NCBI GenBank assembly: GCA_904063045.1
Contig: CAJFCJ010000017.1
Location: 248,001 to 312,000, forward strand
DNA from: Dimorphilus gyrociliatus
Lineage: Eukaryota; Animalia; Annelida
DNA: 64,000 nucleotides
Reading direction: 5' to 3'
Shown: piece after piece, positions 36,158-50,181 of the stretch
Layout: every line of letters begins with the position of its first letter
Numbering within the stretch: the stretch's first letter is position 1
Notes under the pieces: generated by a model
What the model was told of the DNA's origin: nothing
Databases searched by the model: none
The model's input: only the letters and a program-made list of their open reading frames with translations
Translations under genes and position numbers: made by a program

Positions 36158-39100
36158 TTAAATGCGTTTGTTAGCCTTTGAGAAAAGAACTTTCTTTTGA
36201 TAAATCATTTTTAAAAATTGTCCCAAATATAAGATATCATTCTTCCCTTTATCTTCATTATACCTTGTAAAATTATTCCATAGAATGACGTAATCGTTAA
36301 TTGATTGCTGTAGTTATTGATAAATTATACAATTTTGTTTTAGTATAGATATAGGACATACAATAGATAGATAAGAATAGTAACCTGAAGAAAAATACTA
36401 TTTATAGTTAATTCTTTATTAATACAAAAGTGATTTTGATGGCAGAAACTATAGATATTTGCTATAGATTTGATACATTTTAAATCTTGATGAGTTTGAA
36501 AGAATTTCAAATTAATTTCAATAGTTTTCAATTGAATAGCATCTTCCAAGACTAATAGATTATTCCTCTGACATTTTCTTATTGATAGAAGTACTGTATA
36601 CAAAAGAAGAAGGTACTATTATCGCGTATACATTATGAATTTACAATAATAGACCTTCCATAATTGACTTTTCTTCAATACTTTGAATTAATTTACCTCT
36701 ATTAATTAAATAGATAATTAGTTAGTTAGAATATTTAATAAAAGTAATAAATAGATAGTTAATGATAACAATTTCTCTTTTCTTTTTTTCTTTGATTCTT
36801 GAACAAGATTAATCATTTCACTTGATGAATAGATCATCGGATTTAAAAGAGAGTTAACTTGTACTAATAAGACAAGACCGCTATATATATCGTCCTTGAA
36901 ATATACTTGATTTAATATGGCTAAAATTCCTGTATACAGTATATAAATGTACAATATATACTGTATAAATATAAACATAAACGCTATTGGATACTAACCA
37001 ATTACCGATAAAGGAAACCAACATAAAATGCTAGTGGCTATAATTAGAAATATACTATTTGTGATCTTATTCGTTTTCTTTTGATGACGACTGGTTTTGA
37101 ATCTCTTGAACGATAGTCGTATACTCAAAAACATATCAATATAGTAAATTCCAATGATTATAGTAATAATAAACATTAATAATCCAAAGATAAGAAAGTT
37201 AAAGAGCCATCCTTTAGTTTTTTCGCTTCTAATATGAATGTTAAAACAAACTGGAGTTCTTTCGTAAGGATTCTAGTATATTAACTATTGTAATCTATGT
37301 ATAAACTATTTATTCATCGACTAACCACATAGAGAATTAAAGGAGTACAACTAATTAGTAAGCATATTATTATTGATAATAAATTAATCCAAGGACTATA
37401 CGACGCCACCTTCGAAGGTAGAAAAGGATTTTTAATACCAGCGTGTCTTTCTAAGGTAATCAACAAAAGGGAAAACGCCGAAAGTGTTAAAGCGAACGTC
37501 ATAACCGTTCCAATTAATTGACACATAATGCTTTCCCGCCAAACGGTATCGTGTTCAAGATAATTCTCTCCAAAATATGAATCGGTAATTGCTATTATAA
37601 AAACGTATATTGACGTAAGACAATCGGCAATTGAAAGTGTTAATCTATAAACTCTTGAACTTTTCTTAGACAATAATACAATTAAGATAGAAAGTAAATT
37701 TCCAATAAATCCAACAATTCCAAAAAGCCAATAAATAATCCTTAAAAAGATTGAACTAAGAAGAGTTGAACAAGTAAAAAGTAACGATTTAGACGGTCTA
37801 CATATTAAATTTTTGCCAAAATATTTCCAACCAAAACAGCAAAGTTTAAAACTTTCACTAAATATTTTTCTAATATTAAACAACTGTTTAACATTGATAC
37901 TATCGGACATTTTATAATAATTCGATTTATTTAAATGAAGTTCAATTAATTTATTAAATATATTAAAAGATCCTTTTTCAATATATTTAATACTACAATA
38001 AGCTAATTTTAATATTTGTAAGTGTTTTAATGGTTTAAAATCATTTAATTGAATAATTGAAATTTCAGTATTAGATATATCCAATTGAATTAAATTTGAA
38101 CTGTTCAAAAATCTCAAATCAGTAATGGTAGGAATAGGATTGAACGATACGTTTAAATATTGAAGAATTACTAGACTATTATCACCAAATATAGTCATAG
38201 TTTTCAAATTACTATTGACTATTGTTAGATGTATAAGATTTGGAAATTTATGAAATAGTATAGTATCTATATGATAATAGTATTGAATATGTAGGAAGAG
38301 TAAATTATAAATATTCTCTATTGGTACAAAATTGAATATTCTATGGAATGATATCATCTTTATATTCAATATATTTGTAAGATTATCAATAGTTTCCAAA
38401 CTATTATCATCTATCAATTCACAATGAACATGTATAGAATTCAATAGTTTACAATGATTATTTCTAATATTTTCAATTTGACAAACGAATTCGTCACTTC
38501 CGGAAAGGCAACTAATCTCATTATCGCAAAGTTTACTAAGTGGAAGATAAAGATTCTGATTTCTACATTTAAAGAAACCGGATGGTATAAAGTTTTCTAT
38601 AAATAACTTTAATAAATTATTAGATCATCATTTTAATATTTCTAACTAAATACCACAATCAAGTTCATCATCTCCATGGAAACAATGTGTAATTCCATCG
38701 CAAACATTCTCTATAGGCATGCAAAAGTAATCTAGTTTGCACAAGTATTCACCAATATTACATTCTTTTCTTTTACAATTATGTAGACTGTTATAAGGAG
38801 AATGAACTTTCGTAAGCAAATCTCCCATTGTATTGTATTTTAATTGGCAATTCTCATCTCGTATTGCCTCATCAAGCTTTGTTGAATGTGGCCGACAAAT
38901 ATCATCATGATAACAGTAACGAACTTCTATCTCTTGATTTATGCAATGAGCCTTCAAATCACATTGAAGATGTTTACTCAAACAGAGTCCGTCGCACAAA
39001 AATTGTTTATCCTCTCTGCATTCTTCGATATCGTTTCTTAATGTCTATCGAAAGAGTACTTTTTTACAACTAACTTTCATAAAAGCCTGGATGTATCGCT

Positions 39101-41982
39101 TCGCTAGTGGAGCATAGTTCATCGGATGAATCGAAGCAATTTCTTTCATTGTTGCAGATTGAAGAATTCGATATACATTGTCCACTTTTACATTGGCTGT
39201 TTGAATGACTATACAGTATATAAATGTATATTGTATACTTTTTAATAGCCATACATAAAATCTTCTGTACAATTCCTCTTCTCTGTTCAAGCAAATAACG
39301 GATATAAATCTTTTAACAGAAAATTTGAACAAACCGCAAAATATCTCGTCTGATTTATCCGCGCAGTCATTAAAATGATCGCAAACCAAATTTGAATTTA
39401 TAGTTTGATTTTCATCATTCATGCACAGATAGCCAAATCCATAGAAATGTGTTGTTGAACAATTACTCTCATCTTCGGCAAGTGGACAATCATCTTTTCC
39501 ATCGCAATAATAAATAATATTAATACAAATTTTATGATTGTGACAGAAAAATGTATTGTTAGGACATGAAAAACTACTCTTATTGTATAAGGAAGTGATG
39601 GAACTATCAAAGTTCTCCGATATCATCAGCGTTTGACATATGAAATCAAATGATATTAGACGATCGCAAATGATGGAGTAAATATTAACAAATTTTCTTC
39701 CAGCAATCTGAAATTCCAGACAATCTCCTTTAATAGCTTCACTTTTATAATAATTAAGCTTATCAGTAAGACGACATATGTCTTTAGAAGATAGGAAAAA
39801 GTAGTTAGAGATATAATCAATTGGGGTATCGCTTGATGATACTTTTATCATTCTATTATATCTATCTCTTTTCAAACTTATTCCTGTATTGCTGTTGTTA
39901 TTATCATTTGTTTTTTATAAAAAAAAATGAATTATCATTTACTGTCAAAGAGTATTAGATTTCTCTTATTCTTGAGAAAGTAGTTTGTCATATCATTAAG
40001 CATTACAAAATCTTCAACATGATTTAGAGTATAAATATTCCAAAGTGACATATTATTCCTTTTACAATATTCTCCTTGATCATTAAAATTGCTGGCGTGT
40101 TCTTTACTGATAAAGGAATAGCAAATATTTTTTACTGGTAAACTCTTTGCATCTGGACATTCTCTAACTAGGATTATAGTTAACGAAATAGATAACGATT
40201 AGCTAGATATTATAATTTTCCTTATATACCTTTTCTCTTTAAACATTTTAATAAAAATCTCGAACGATACTTTCTTGTAAAGAGTTGAGAAGAATGAAAT
40301 AAAATTTCAGCCTATTAATTGTACAATAAGTTAATATATCTACTTTTTTCTTCCTTGTGATTTTATCGCTACGCAATGAAAAATATTTGACGAATTTGAT
40401 GGACAATGTAATCGTTCATAACGATATACACTTCGAATAGAATTTGCATCGAAAAATTTATATTTAACCAAAGATCTTCTAGCCTTTCTTAACAGTGTTC
40501 CGGAATTAAATCCGAAATTTGAACAGATTATCTTTACTTCTCTATATAATAACAACGAAAGTGGAGCCCAATATTCTCCATTTGAAATATATAATTGACC
40601 TTGAAAGTTGTTAAATGAATGCTTTTGGCCTAAATAAATAGATTTATATTTCGGATTAAACACTTGAAATCCAAAGTCTAGAATTAAATAACCTTTATAT
40701 TTATCCATCTATCTATAAATGGTATAAGATAATCATTTTACCTGAATTGTTTGGGTGTTTATATTTATCGCAGTAAGGATCTAAAAGTCTAATTCTTGTA
40801 TTGAATTTTACCGATCGTAAAATTCGGCATCCATAAGCGTGATGATTACTATTTACGCAATCTCCCAATTCGTATCTCTTTAACAAAAGTATTTTGGATT
40901 TCAATTAAGGAGAAAATACTTAGCTTACAGTGTCAATATCTTCTATAGGATAGTTAGATTCATCTGGTATCCACATCATATTGAAAAATTTACATATTGC
41001 AGTATTTATGCTAAAATTCTCTATTAGTGTACTTTCTAAGGAATAACCAATGGGAAAGAGTCCAAAAGTTTTTGAAATTGCAAAATATGTAAAGAATATA
41101 AATGAATACGAAACTTCTTTCGTATCTTTGAAGAAATTTTTTGGATTTCCAAAATTTAAATCTGATTTTTTCAGATTTCTTTACTAAATAATTTCTAATT
41201 AATTAATTAATTAATTAACCTTTAATCTGCGAATAAGAACATCTAATTTGAGTTGAAAAAGTACTCTTATCATGTATCTCAAATATCCTGTTTACTCTCC
41301 AAATAGCAACTTTTCCTTCAACAATTAATTCGTCTTTTAATTCTGACCTATATATAAAAAATTCAACAGTTTCGCAGATATTATCTACTTTTGTTCTATT
41401 ATCAAAAATCCTATAAAATTCGTATCGTTTCGTCAAATATAAATCGTAATAATTTCTCCTCGAAACAGCAAAGGCGTCTAATTTAAAAATTTATATTAAT
41501 ACACTGTATACGCGAAATAGTAAAGCATAGTATTCTTTATACATTGAGCGTTTCTTTTATAACATTTTAAACAGAGTCCATTCTTTGTTGATTCATCAAA
41601 ATATTGGCTTAAATGGAAAAGACAGTTAAGAATGTTGATTTCACAGTAAATTGTACAATTATTACATTCGACAGCATCTATTAAACCTGAGAGATATACG
41701 CACAAAAGACATTTGTCTAGTATTAAATGAACAACTATATCCAACAGCGTGATAATCTATAAAATCCATTTCTTTGCAAATACTAGTAAAAAGATCAAAG
41801 TCATATTCATCATATTGCGCAATTGTTGATGTATTTAATAAAGAATTATTAATATATAAAAATCCTTCCGTAAAACTGTCACTTTGATTCAAAATTCTCA
41901 AGGAAAATGTATATTTTCTATTGAGTTTTGAACATTCAAAACTATAGAATAATAGATAGATTAATACAAATAATAGTTTCAT
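36158..41982 (-). CDS. GRL101-like receptor C: 1 N-terminal module, SRCR-like, CTLD-like, 6 LDLa, LRR, 7TM, pseudokinase-like tail
   Basis: MKLLFVLIYLLFYSFEC signal. TM3 ITLERH, TM6 LCWFP, TM7 NPMIY. Tail ...FCHQNHFCINKELTINSIFLQ/QSINDYVILWNNF...KNDILYLGQFLKMIYQKKVLFSKANKRI*. Confidence 0.88.
41196..41218. repeat. (TTAA)n microsatellite, intronic in receptor C
   Basis: taattaattaattaattaattaa. Confidence 0.9.
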
Positions 41983-42762
41983 TTAGAGAAAGACAAAGAC
42001 TAGTACTAAAATGTTATAGTTAGGGTTAGGTTAAATTGATTAAGTAATGAAATATTCGATATGGAAATCCTATAGAAAAGACATTTTCGTGAAAAGGTCA
42101 TTTTAAATATTATAGATATTCGATATATAATATCCTATTAGTATTATAATTGATAGCATAAAATCAGATTAAATAGCTCTAAATCAACTTAGATATTTAT
42201 AGTAAAACTTATTTAAACGCTGCATTGAAAGCTCCATTTACGATATTTTGAGACAATCGATGGAGAAAAAAGTATAGCCTTTCATCTTTCGACTCTATTG
42301 AATTATATATGCTAATTTTTTTTGTTAATCCGGATTAAGATGTTTTGATAATCTAAATTATTTAATCTATATACAAGGGATTATTGATATCATTATTATT
42401 ACTTTACGGAACGTCGTGTCACCGATTTTTGATCTCACACATACGAATAACGAATTTTATTGGCTATCCTTCTTAAATTTATTGAAAGTTCTCCAGGATA
42501 TAATATCCATAAAACAATGTCTCTTCCTCTTCGGACGTTCACACCACTAACTTTGGAGATGTTATTTCTGGGAAGGACAACTGCTGAATAAAATGAATGG
42601 AAATGCTGAATCATAGATTACACAAAAATGTGCCCAAACAGAAAAAAGGAATAGACTGTATTCATAAAAGTTTCACCATTTTGAATATATGAATAAATTG
42701 TGTTATTCCACTGTTATTATACCTAAGAGAGAAGAAGTAAAAACTATTGAATATCTCTCTAA

Positions 42763-43557
42763 ATGGATCGAACTGTTAAAATCTTAAGAGGAATACTATT
42801 TCCATTCTTGATAATTATCATCTTGGGAGTAATTTTTCAAGGACCAGTTTGTCACCTTCTATACAATAAGGAAAATAACAGTAAATCTTTAAAGTTCTAC
42901 TCTAAATCAACGAATGAAGCGGATTATAAAAATGTAGTGGATATAAATAAAATCAAAGATTCCAAAATGCCAATATGCTTCAAAAGGAATTTTGAACATT
43001 CGTAAGATTATAATTATCTCTTTTTTATTATAATTAAAATATTCATACAACTAATTAATATATCTATTTTTAGAAAATATAATGAATTTTTCAAGTTCTT
43101 CCCAATAATTTCATCATGTTGCGGTTTATTTACATTTCCATTATTTCAAGGATGCGTTAAAATTTTGAACAAGAGGATAATGATTGTATTGATACCAATT
43201 ATTATGGTAAATCTAACTTATACTCTATTCGTTTGTACCTATTACGAAAAATTATTTGAACCCTCTTCGGAGAAGTATAAAAAATGTCCGGATGTTGATG
43301 ATGTTATACATATATCAACTTATATTACAATACCAATTTGTATATTTCTTCAAATGATATTCCTATGTTTCTGGATTGATTTCTGTGCTGGTAAATATTG
43401 TCATATTTTTATTAATAATCATTAATATTTCATAATAAAAGAACCTTTTTCCCATAAACTTTTAGCCATAAAAAATCGTTTTAAAAGGCCAGGAAGTGAA
43501 GAGACAAAAAAGAAGGATATTTTTACCGTTGAAAAACAAGAGAATGGTGTTTTCTGA
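42763..43557 (+). CDS. Orphan 4-TM protein, paralog of 29750-30470
   Basis: MDRTVKILRGILFPFLIIIILGVIFQGPVCHLL..., three GT-AG-joined exons, KCPDVDD before the last TM, ends ...EKQENGVF*. Shares GPxC and cysteine placement with the paralog. Confidence 0.65.
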
Positions 43558-44271
43558 GAAGGATATTCTAATTCTCTCTCTCCCTCTCTTCTTCGAGATT
43601 TTTTATAGAAGCAATTGTAGTTGTTGTTAACATTTTATCTGGACAGCGTCTAACATTTTTACAGTTTACACATATTAATACATATTTAGAAAGACCTGCT
43701 TAAACAGATTGTTTACTGTATATATAATATTTTACCAGTTTTCCTCCAAACAAGATAGAGGCCTTCTTCTAAACCTTTCTCTATTTAATCCCCCCTTGAT
43801 ATTTAGATATTATATTTAGATCAAAAGATTACTAAATATAGATCATACTTTTTATATTTTCGTCTCAATTTCGCCATCTTTTTTTCAAGAAATTATTGAA
43901 ATTATGGGAAAACATTGTATAAAATCTCTAAAGAATATTCAAGTATGTTATCTCATATTACACAATTTTCATTCAATTGGATAGATTGATTTACAATTTA
44001 CACGAGAAAATTAATTATTAGAATTGTATATTAGTGAAGTAAATCAATCTTATACGTTTATACTTGTTGGAAAGTTAACATATCTTTAATATCTTTCCTT
44101 ACCAATAGAGAGATATACGATATAGATTAAAGAGACGAATAGATACGATTGAAAACATTTTAATTTCATTAATTAAAAGTGTTTTCATGTTTTTTCACTG
44201 TCTTCTTTTTTATTTCTATGTAAGAAAGACCTAGAGTTTATTCATGGTGATAAGTTAACGGAGCGCTTGAG

Positions 44272-47200
44272 ATGATCTTTTATATCTTGTTATATCAATC
44301 ATTCGTTTGTAACTTGTGTATCTATCCTGGAGAGTATACATATATAAAAGAAAGGCTATTACGTTTTTCAATATTTCCATATTTCCAAGACATACATATG
44401 AAATACGGAGAAGTGATGGTTAGATTTAACACTGGATATTATCCTTTGTTATTTAAGCATTGTTTACCACAAGCTCAAAAGGACTTTTTCTCTGAAAGAC
44501 TCCATTGCGATAAAATGTACTTGCTTCACGAACCGTGTCATTCTTCAAATCAACAAGTGGTAGATCTTGTATATGCCAAACCATTTTGGAAATAATTATT
44601 ATACCAAAAGCATAATTTAGGGAAGATAAATCATTGAATGTCTTTTTTCTATACCTTTTACAGTAGGATCGTATTAATAAAGGTTGATGGACAAAAAAGT
44701 CAACTTTTTGCCCTATGTTTAAAATGTTATAAGACTCACAATTGTAATTATAACATAATAATACAATAATGAAGAAAAGAAAGTAATAAAAATATTAAAA
44801 TTACTTAAAGATTTGTTTGCCGTATTCAATGAAACATTAAATACGTTTATCCTACTGAGAAGGGAAAATCAAGGCTTTAACTCGAGAATTTATTTTAATA
44901 AATCATCCGCAAAGGAGATATGCTATAATGCACAATATTCCCTTGTGTCCAATTATGATCGAGTATTATTTAAGTTAATATATAGTAAAGGTGAATTTTC
45001 GCTTATGAACACTACAACTACAACCAAAGATTATTCGTCTACATGCTCTCCGGAAGACATCAAAGGTAAATTTTCTAATTAACAAATATACTTGCAATCA
45101 TTGTAAACGCTCTCTTTAGATACGTCATTTATTAAAACATATAAACAATTGGCAAGATATTCAATCCTTCTCTACGAACCTAAAAACTATATACTCTATT
45201 CTAAAACTTTTGGTATTTTACCATACGCCTTTGAAGATGGTACCGATAAATTACAGGCGGCGAAATGGAAATGTCTGCAACAATCCAAAGACTTCTCTCC
45301 AAAAGATATAAAAACCATTCGAAAAGAAAGAACAGTAAGCTGTTTTCCATGAATTTTAATAGCTAGCACTACTAGGGAATAAATAATATATCTTATGTAT
45401 TATCCATATTAAAAAAACACACACACAAACTTTAGAAGAAAATGTGCTACCGAAACGAAAATAAAGAACACCTTACAGATTCTATAGGATTAACAAACTG
45501 CAAATGGAATACGAAATATGTTATGAACTGCATTTTACAAAATGTAAAATCACATTTTGTCCTTGATAATAGTTGTACTAAAGGAATTTCAGTGAAAGGT
45601 ATATCATCTGAGAAATGGTTGTAAACAATAATTTAATATCTATGAAATATTGCAGATTTTACAGTACGCCTTTGGAAAAATGATACATCAATTCTGTATA
45701 AAAATAATGAAAATTTTTCAAGTTTTACAGGAATTGTTCAAATATCAAGGCGTAATACGTTCTACAATATTCATCCGAATAATTTAAGTATCTTTGAAAT
45801 ATCTTTAATCTGCAAAACTCTTGGTTTTAAGTCTGGAACATTTGTCTTTGATATGGAAGCGAATTTTATCACAACTTTCAAATCATTTGTATTAAATTGT
45901 AATGAAAAAACAACTAAAATTGAAGATTGCGTTAAAGGTTCAGAGGAGAACTATTTGATATATACTACAAATGAAAAAGGATCCTATAATGGTAGATGAA
46001 CATAGACCGTATATTGCTCTTATTTGCTGTATATGTATAATTTACAGAACAGCTCTTCGCATCTTTAAAATGTTCAATAGTTAAAAAATGTAAAGATAAC
46101 CTTCTTATCTATAATACATATTGATATAATCAATTACATTTGTCTATAGCTTGCCCAAATACAATAAACCATTCACATACGGTTATCTACAACGATATTT
46201 GCTATTATTCCTTTTCGCTACCAAACAAATTTACTATTACAAAAATAGAGGATTATTGTAAAAAATTGGGATTAGGCATTGTTGATCTCTCTTTTAGGGA
46301 AATTCACCATACAGTTCTAAGATTACCTATTGTTCGAAAAGGTGTTGTACTTACTACTAGTAAGTATATTAATATACCTTTATAAATAATATAACATTTA
46401 ATAATAGTAATAATATTTGAGAAACTGGGAGGTTGAATATTTCTAATAGTTTATTACAAACTTCCTCATCAACAACTCCTTATCCAATTGGTTATATTGA
46501 AAATTTCATTATTGTTGAAACTCTGAGTGGTAGAAATGCTGATAAAATATGTAAAAGTATTTTATACGAATTGTACCATTCAAAACAGTTGAATGAAGAT
46601 TGTTTTAGTATGAGAATAGGATTATATAATTGGTATAATATATCTAAAATAACGAAAATTAGTTGTAAAAACAAATTTGACGTTTTTACTTGTCAGAAGA
46701 ATCTAAGTATTAATTAATTGATATAATAAATATATTAATATGTATATAGATAATTTTTTCCCCAATAAGATAACGATATCAAGAGGCAATCTGTTGAACC
46801 GATACTGCAAAATGAAAATCTTACTCAACTGTTTTATTGCAATAGTTCAAACATCTACGTAAATATAATATACTTGTGCGATAAGCATAAAGATTGCTTA
46901 CCCTTTGGTGAAGATGAAGAGAATTGTGAACTATTTCAATCCTTCCATTGTTCTGATGGAAAGGAGATACCATTTCATTTTGTTTGTAACTTCAAACAAG
47001 ACTGCTCCGACGGAGTTGACGAAGATTGCGGTATGAATGAAACATTTTCTGCTTTTTTGTCTTATAATGTAAGATTATGTTGAGCTCTTTTCAAATTTCA
47101 GTATGGCCTATCTGTCAGGACAATTTTACGTATAAATTAACATATACTATTCTTACTAATAACCTCAATTAATCCTATACTTTCTTAATGAATCTTAACT

Positions 47201-50181
47201 GAATAGTTGCGATAATAAAAGATGTTTATCTAAAAAGAATATCTTTAATCATGAAAAGAACTGCGAAGATAATAGCGACGAAAGAAATTGGGATAAAAGT
47301 ACTTGTTATCTTTAATAGAACGAACAAATTGACCTATTTGAAATTATACAGAATTCTGTCAGGGTTTTCCATGCAGTAACCTTTGTTTAAGAGAAGAGCG
47401 AAAATGCGACTTTAAACAAGATTGTCCAAATAATGAGGATGAAGAATATTTTATGTGTTTTAAATATAAATTAAAAGGTTTTTTAGACTTGAATTCATTG
47501 TTGCAAGTATAACTTATCATTATCATTTATCATCAAGAATGTAAATACATTATTAACAATCCGGAAGGAAAGAGGAACGTTTTGTCCCAATTAAATCCAA
47601 AGATATATTTTAATCGTCCTATACAACAGTGTTCTAATGAAGAATACGCATGCATTGCAGGTGACAATTGCATAGCGTTACCTAAAATTTGCAACGGAAT
47701 TTAGGATTGTAGAAACGGAGATGACGAAGAGAATTGCAGTAGTTTGTCATAATTAACTATGGAATGAATAATGGATTTATATACAGTAGATACGTTTCTA
47801 TTAGATAATTTTATCCTACCAAAACATTTCAAATGTAAGGCAAAACAACAATTCATTTCTATTAAACATGTATGCAATCATGTAATGGATTGCGATGACG
47901 GTAGCGATGAAGCTAGTTGTGACAATGGCAATGTTATTGAAGGTTGTAAAAACGTAAAGGAAACTCATACTATTTCCTGTTCAGTAAGAGGCAAATATTT
48001 AAAAGAACTATCATTTCAAAATTCAACAAGTCCTCTATATAAAAAGATGTTGTTTGAATATACTAAAATAACGAATATTCATTCAAAAGTATTGAACAAT
48101 ATTCTATCAGTTACTATAATAAATTGTCAACTTGAAAACATTTCAATAGCGCAAACATTCCCAAATTTAATTTCTTTAGAGATTAACAAAACAGATTTAT
48201 ACATTTATTCCAGTATTGAAATCTGGAATTTGAAATTACTTCAAATACTTAAATTTCAATCAATAACTAATAAATATTTTGCTAATTTTTCATTTTCTCA
48301 ATTTCCACAATTGATTCATTTACATATTGTTAATAGTAGAATAACTCATTTAACAAATACAACATTCAATAAACTATTGAGATTGAAATATTTATATTTC
48401 ATTCAAAATACTGTTATAAATATTCATAAAGATACATTTTTAATACCGAATTTTGAAATATTGAACTTTGAACAAACAACTTTACCAATTCAACAAACAT
48501 CTATAGCTTTAGAATCGTTGAAAACCATCTCAATGTTCTTAAGTAAATATTACTTTTTGTGTTGTTTTATTTGGAAATTTGTGGGAAAATCGACAAAATG
48601 CTATCCGAGAGAATCTCTTTTCTTTTCTTGCGATGATCTATTAACGTCTAAAACTCTTCGAATTGTTATTTGGATATTAGCTTTAATGGGAATTTTAGGG
48701 AATTTACTATCAATTTCTATTAGAATAAATAATTTTAAAAGATTATCTTGTATATTTCACTGTTCATTAGCGTTTGCCGATTTGGGCACTTCAATATATT
48801 TATTAATTATAGCATTACAAGATTTGAAATATAGGGGATACTTTATTGAATATAGCTTCGAATGGAGAACAAGTGGCTTATGTAAATTTGCTGGAGTATT
48901 ATCTAGCTTTTCCCTATTTATGTCTTCTTTCAGCTTAACGATTATAACAGTTGAACGATATATTATTGTTGTTCATGTGTTGAAAAATTTCTTTAATATG
49001 TATATCATCACTTTGATGTTTATCGTTATGGTGTTTTTATCAATCTCATTCGCCGTTTTACCATTATTGCTATACGATGTAAGAACATTCTTTTATCTAT
49101 GGAGGATGTTTTTAAAAGGGTTCTCTTTCAATTTGTCTCTCTAGAATTATTATTCTCAGTCTTCTATATGTTTTAACTTGTTCGTACGAACTGAAAATTA
49201 CGATGGATGGTTTTTTTCCTTGTTGTTGTACGGAATATGGATACCGTTGACATCCTTAGTAATTACTATTTGTTATATTCTATTATTGAATAATCTAAGG
49301 ATAGCCATGTTTAATAAACACGGTAAAAATAGCTTAAAGATGTTCAACAAAGTGATAAAGAATGCCTTAGTCATTACCTTAATTAATCTATCTTGCTGGA
49401 TACCAATATCAATACTGGGTTTTATAGCTATATCTACAAATTTATATTCTTATTGCTATGCTAATTCTGCCTATAAATGCTATTACAAATCCTATTATTT
49501 ATACAATATCAGAGATATTAAACATTAGTAGAGAATGGAAAAGAAAAGATGAATCCTTTAAGTAGAAAAACTATTCTTTATATTCTTTCTAGAAGGGTTT
49601 TTTAATTAAGAAATTAATTCTTTTCTTAGACAAAAGTTAGCAAAAGAAATTAAAGATAAATCGAAAGTAGAAAGTACGTTTTTAGTTCTTTCATCTTTCC
49701 TTTATAATTCCTTTACTTAATAGACTTAATGTTTATGAAAAAATCGTATAAACATCATATAATACAAAGGGAAGTTGTAGAATATAGAAATGATACTAGA
49801 ATTTCTACACTTCTCTACAACTTCTCTTACTTATTGCAACTGTGTAGAAGCTCGTTTACAGTTTTAAAATTCTGTGAAGAAAATTCATACACAATAAATG
49901 AACCGTTTAGCGAGAAAACATTCTTAATTCAGGTAATAAATTTAGTACTTAATATATACTGTATGTTAATTAATTAATTAATTAATTAATTAACTAGTTA
50001 ATTACTATTTTTTTAGAATAAGAAATTTTTTATACCTTTCGATAGTATTACGTTTTTCGAGGAAGATAATTCAAAGAAATGTATTTTCTCCCTTGGCCAA
50101 TTCATAAGGAAAAGTCTACAAAGAGAAGTTCTAAATCGTAAATTTAGATTATGGAATGACCAAAAACCTTATGATTTATAG
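44272..50181 (+). CDS. GRL101-like receptor D: 1 N-terminal module, SRCR-like, CTLD-like, 6 LDLa (two degenerate), LRR, 7TM, pseudokinase-like tail
   Basis: TM1 LALMGILGN, TM2 LAFADL, TM3 ITVERY, TM6 SCWIP, TM7 NPIIY. Tail ...LKFCEENSYTINEPFSEKTFLIQ/NKKFFIPFDS...KKCIFSLGQFIRK...PYDL*. The exact start is less certain. Confidence 0.87.
49966..49993. repeat. (TTAA)n microsatellite, intronic in receptor D
   Basis: ttaattaattaattaattaattaattaa. Confidence 0.9.

Noticed and set aside
42020-42032. TTAGGGTTAGG telomere-like sequence
   Set aside because: Only two imperfect units; expected by chance.
42200-42620. GC-richer stretch with 40-50 codon open frames between receptor C and the 4-TM gene
   Set aside because: No recognisable motif or consistent exon chain on either strand; left unassigned.
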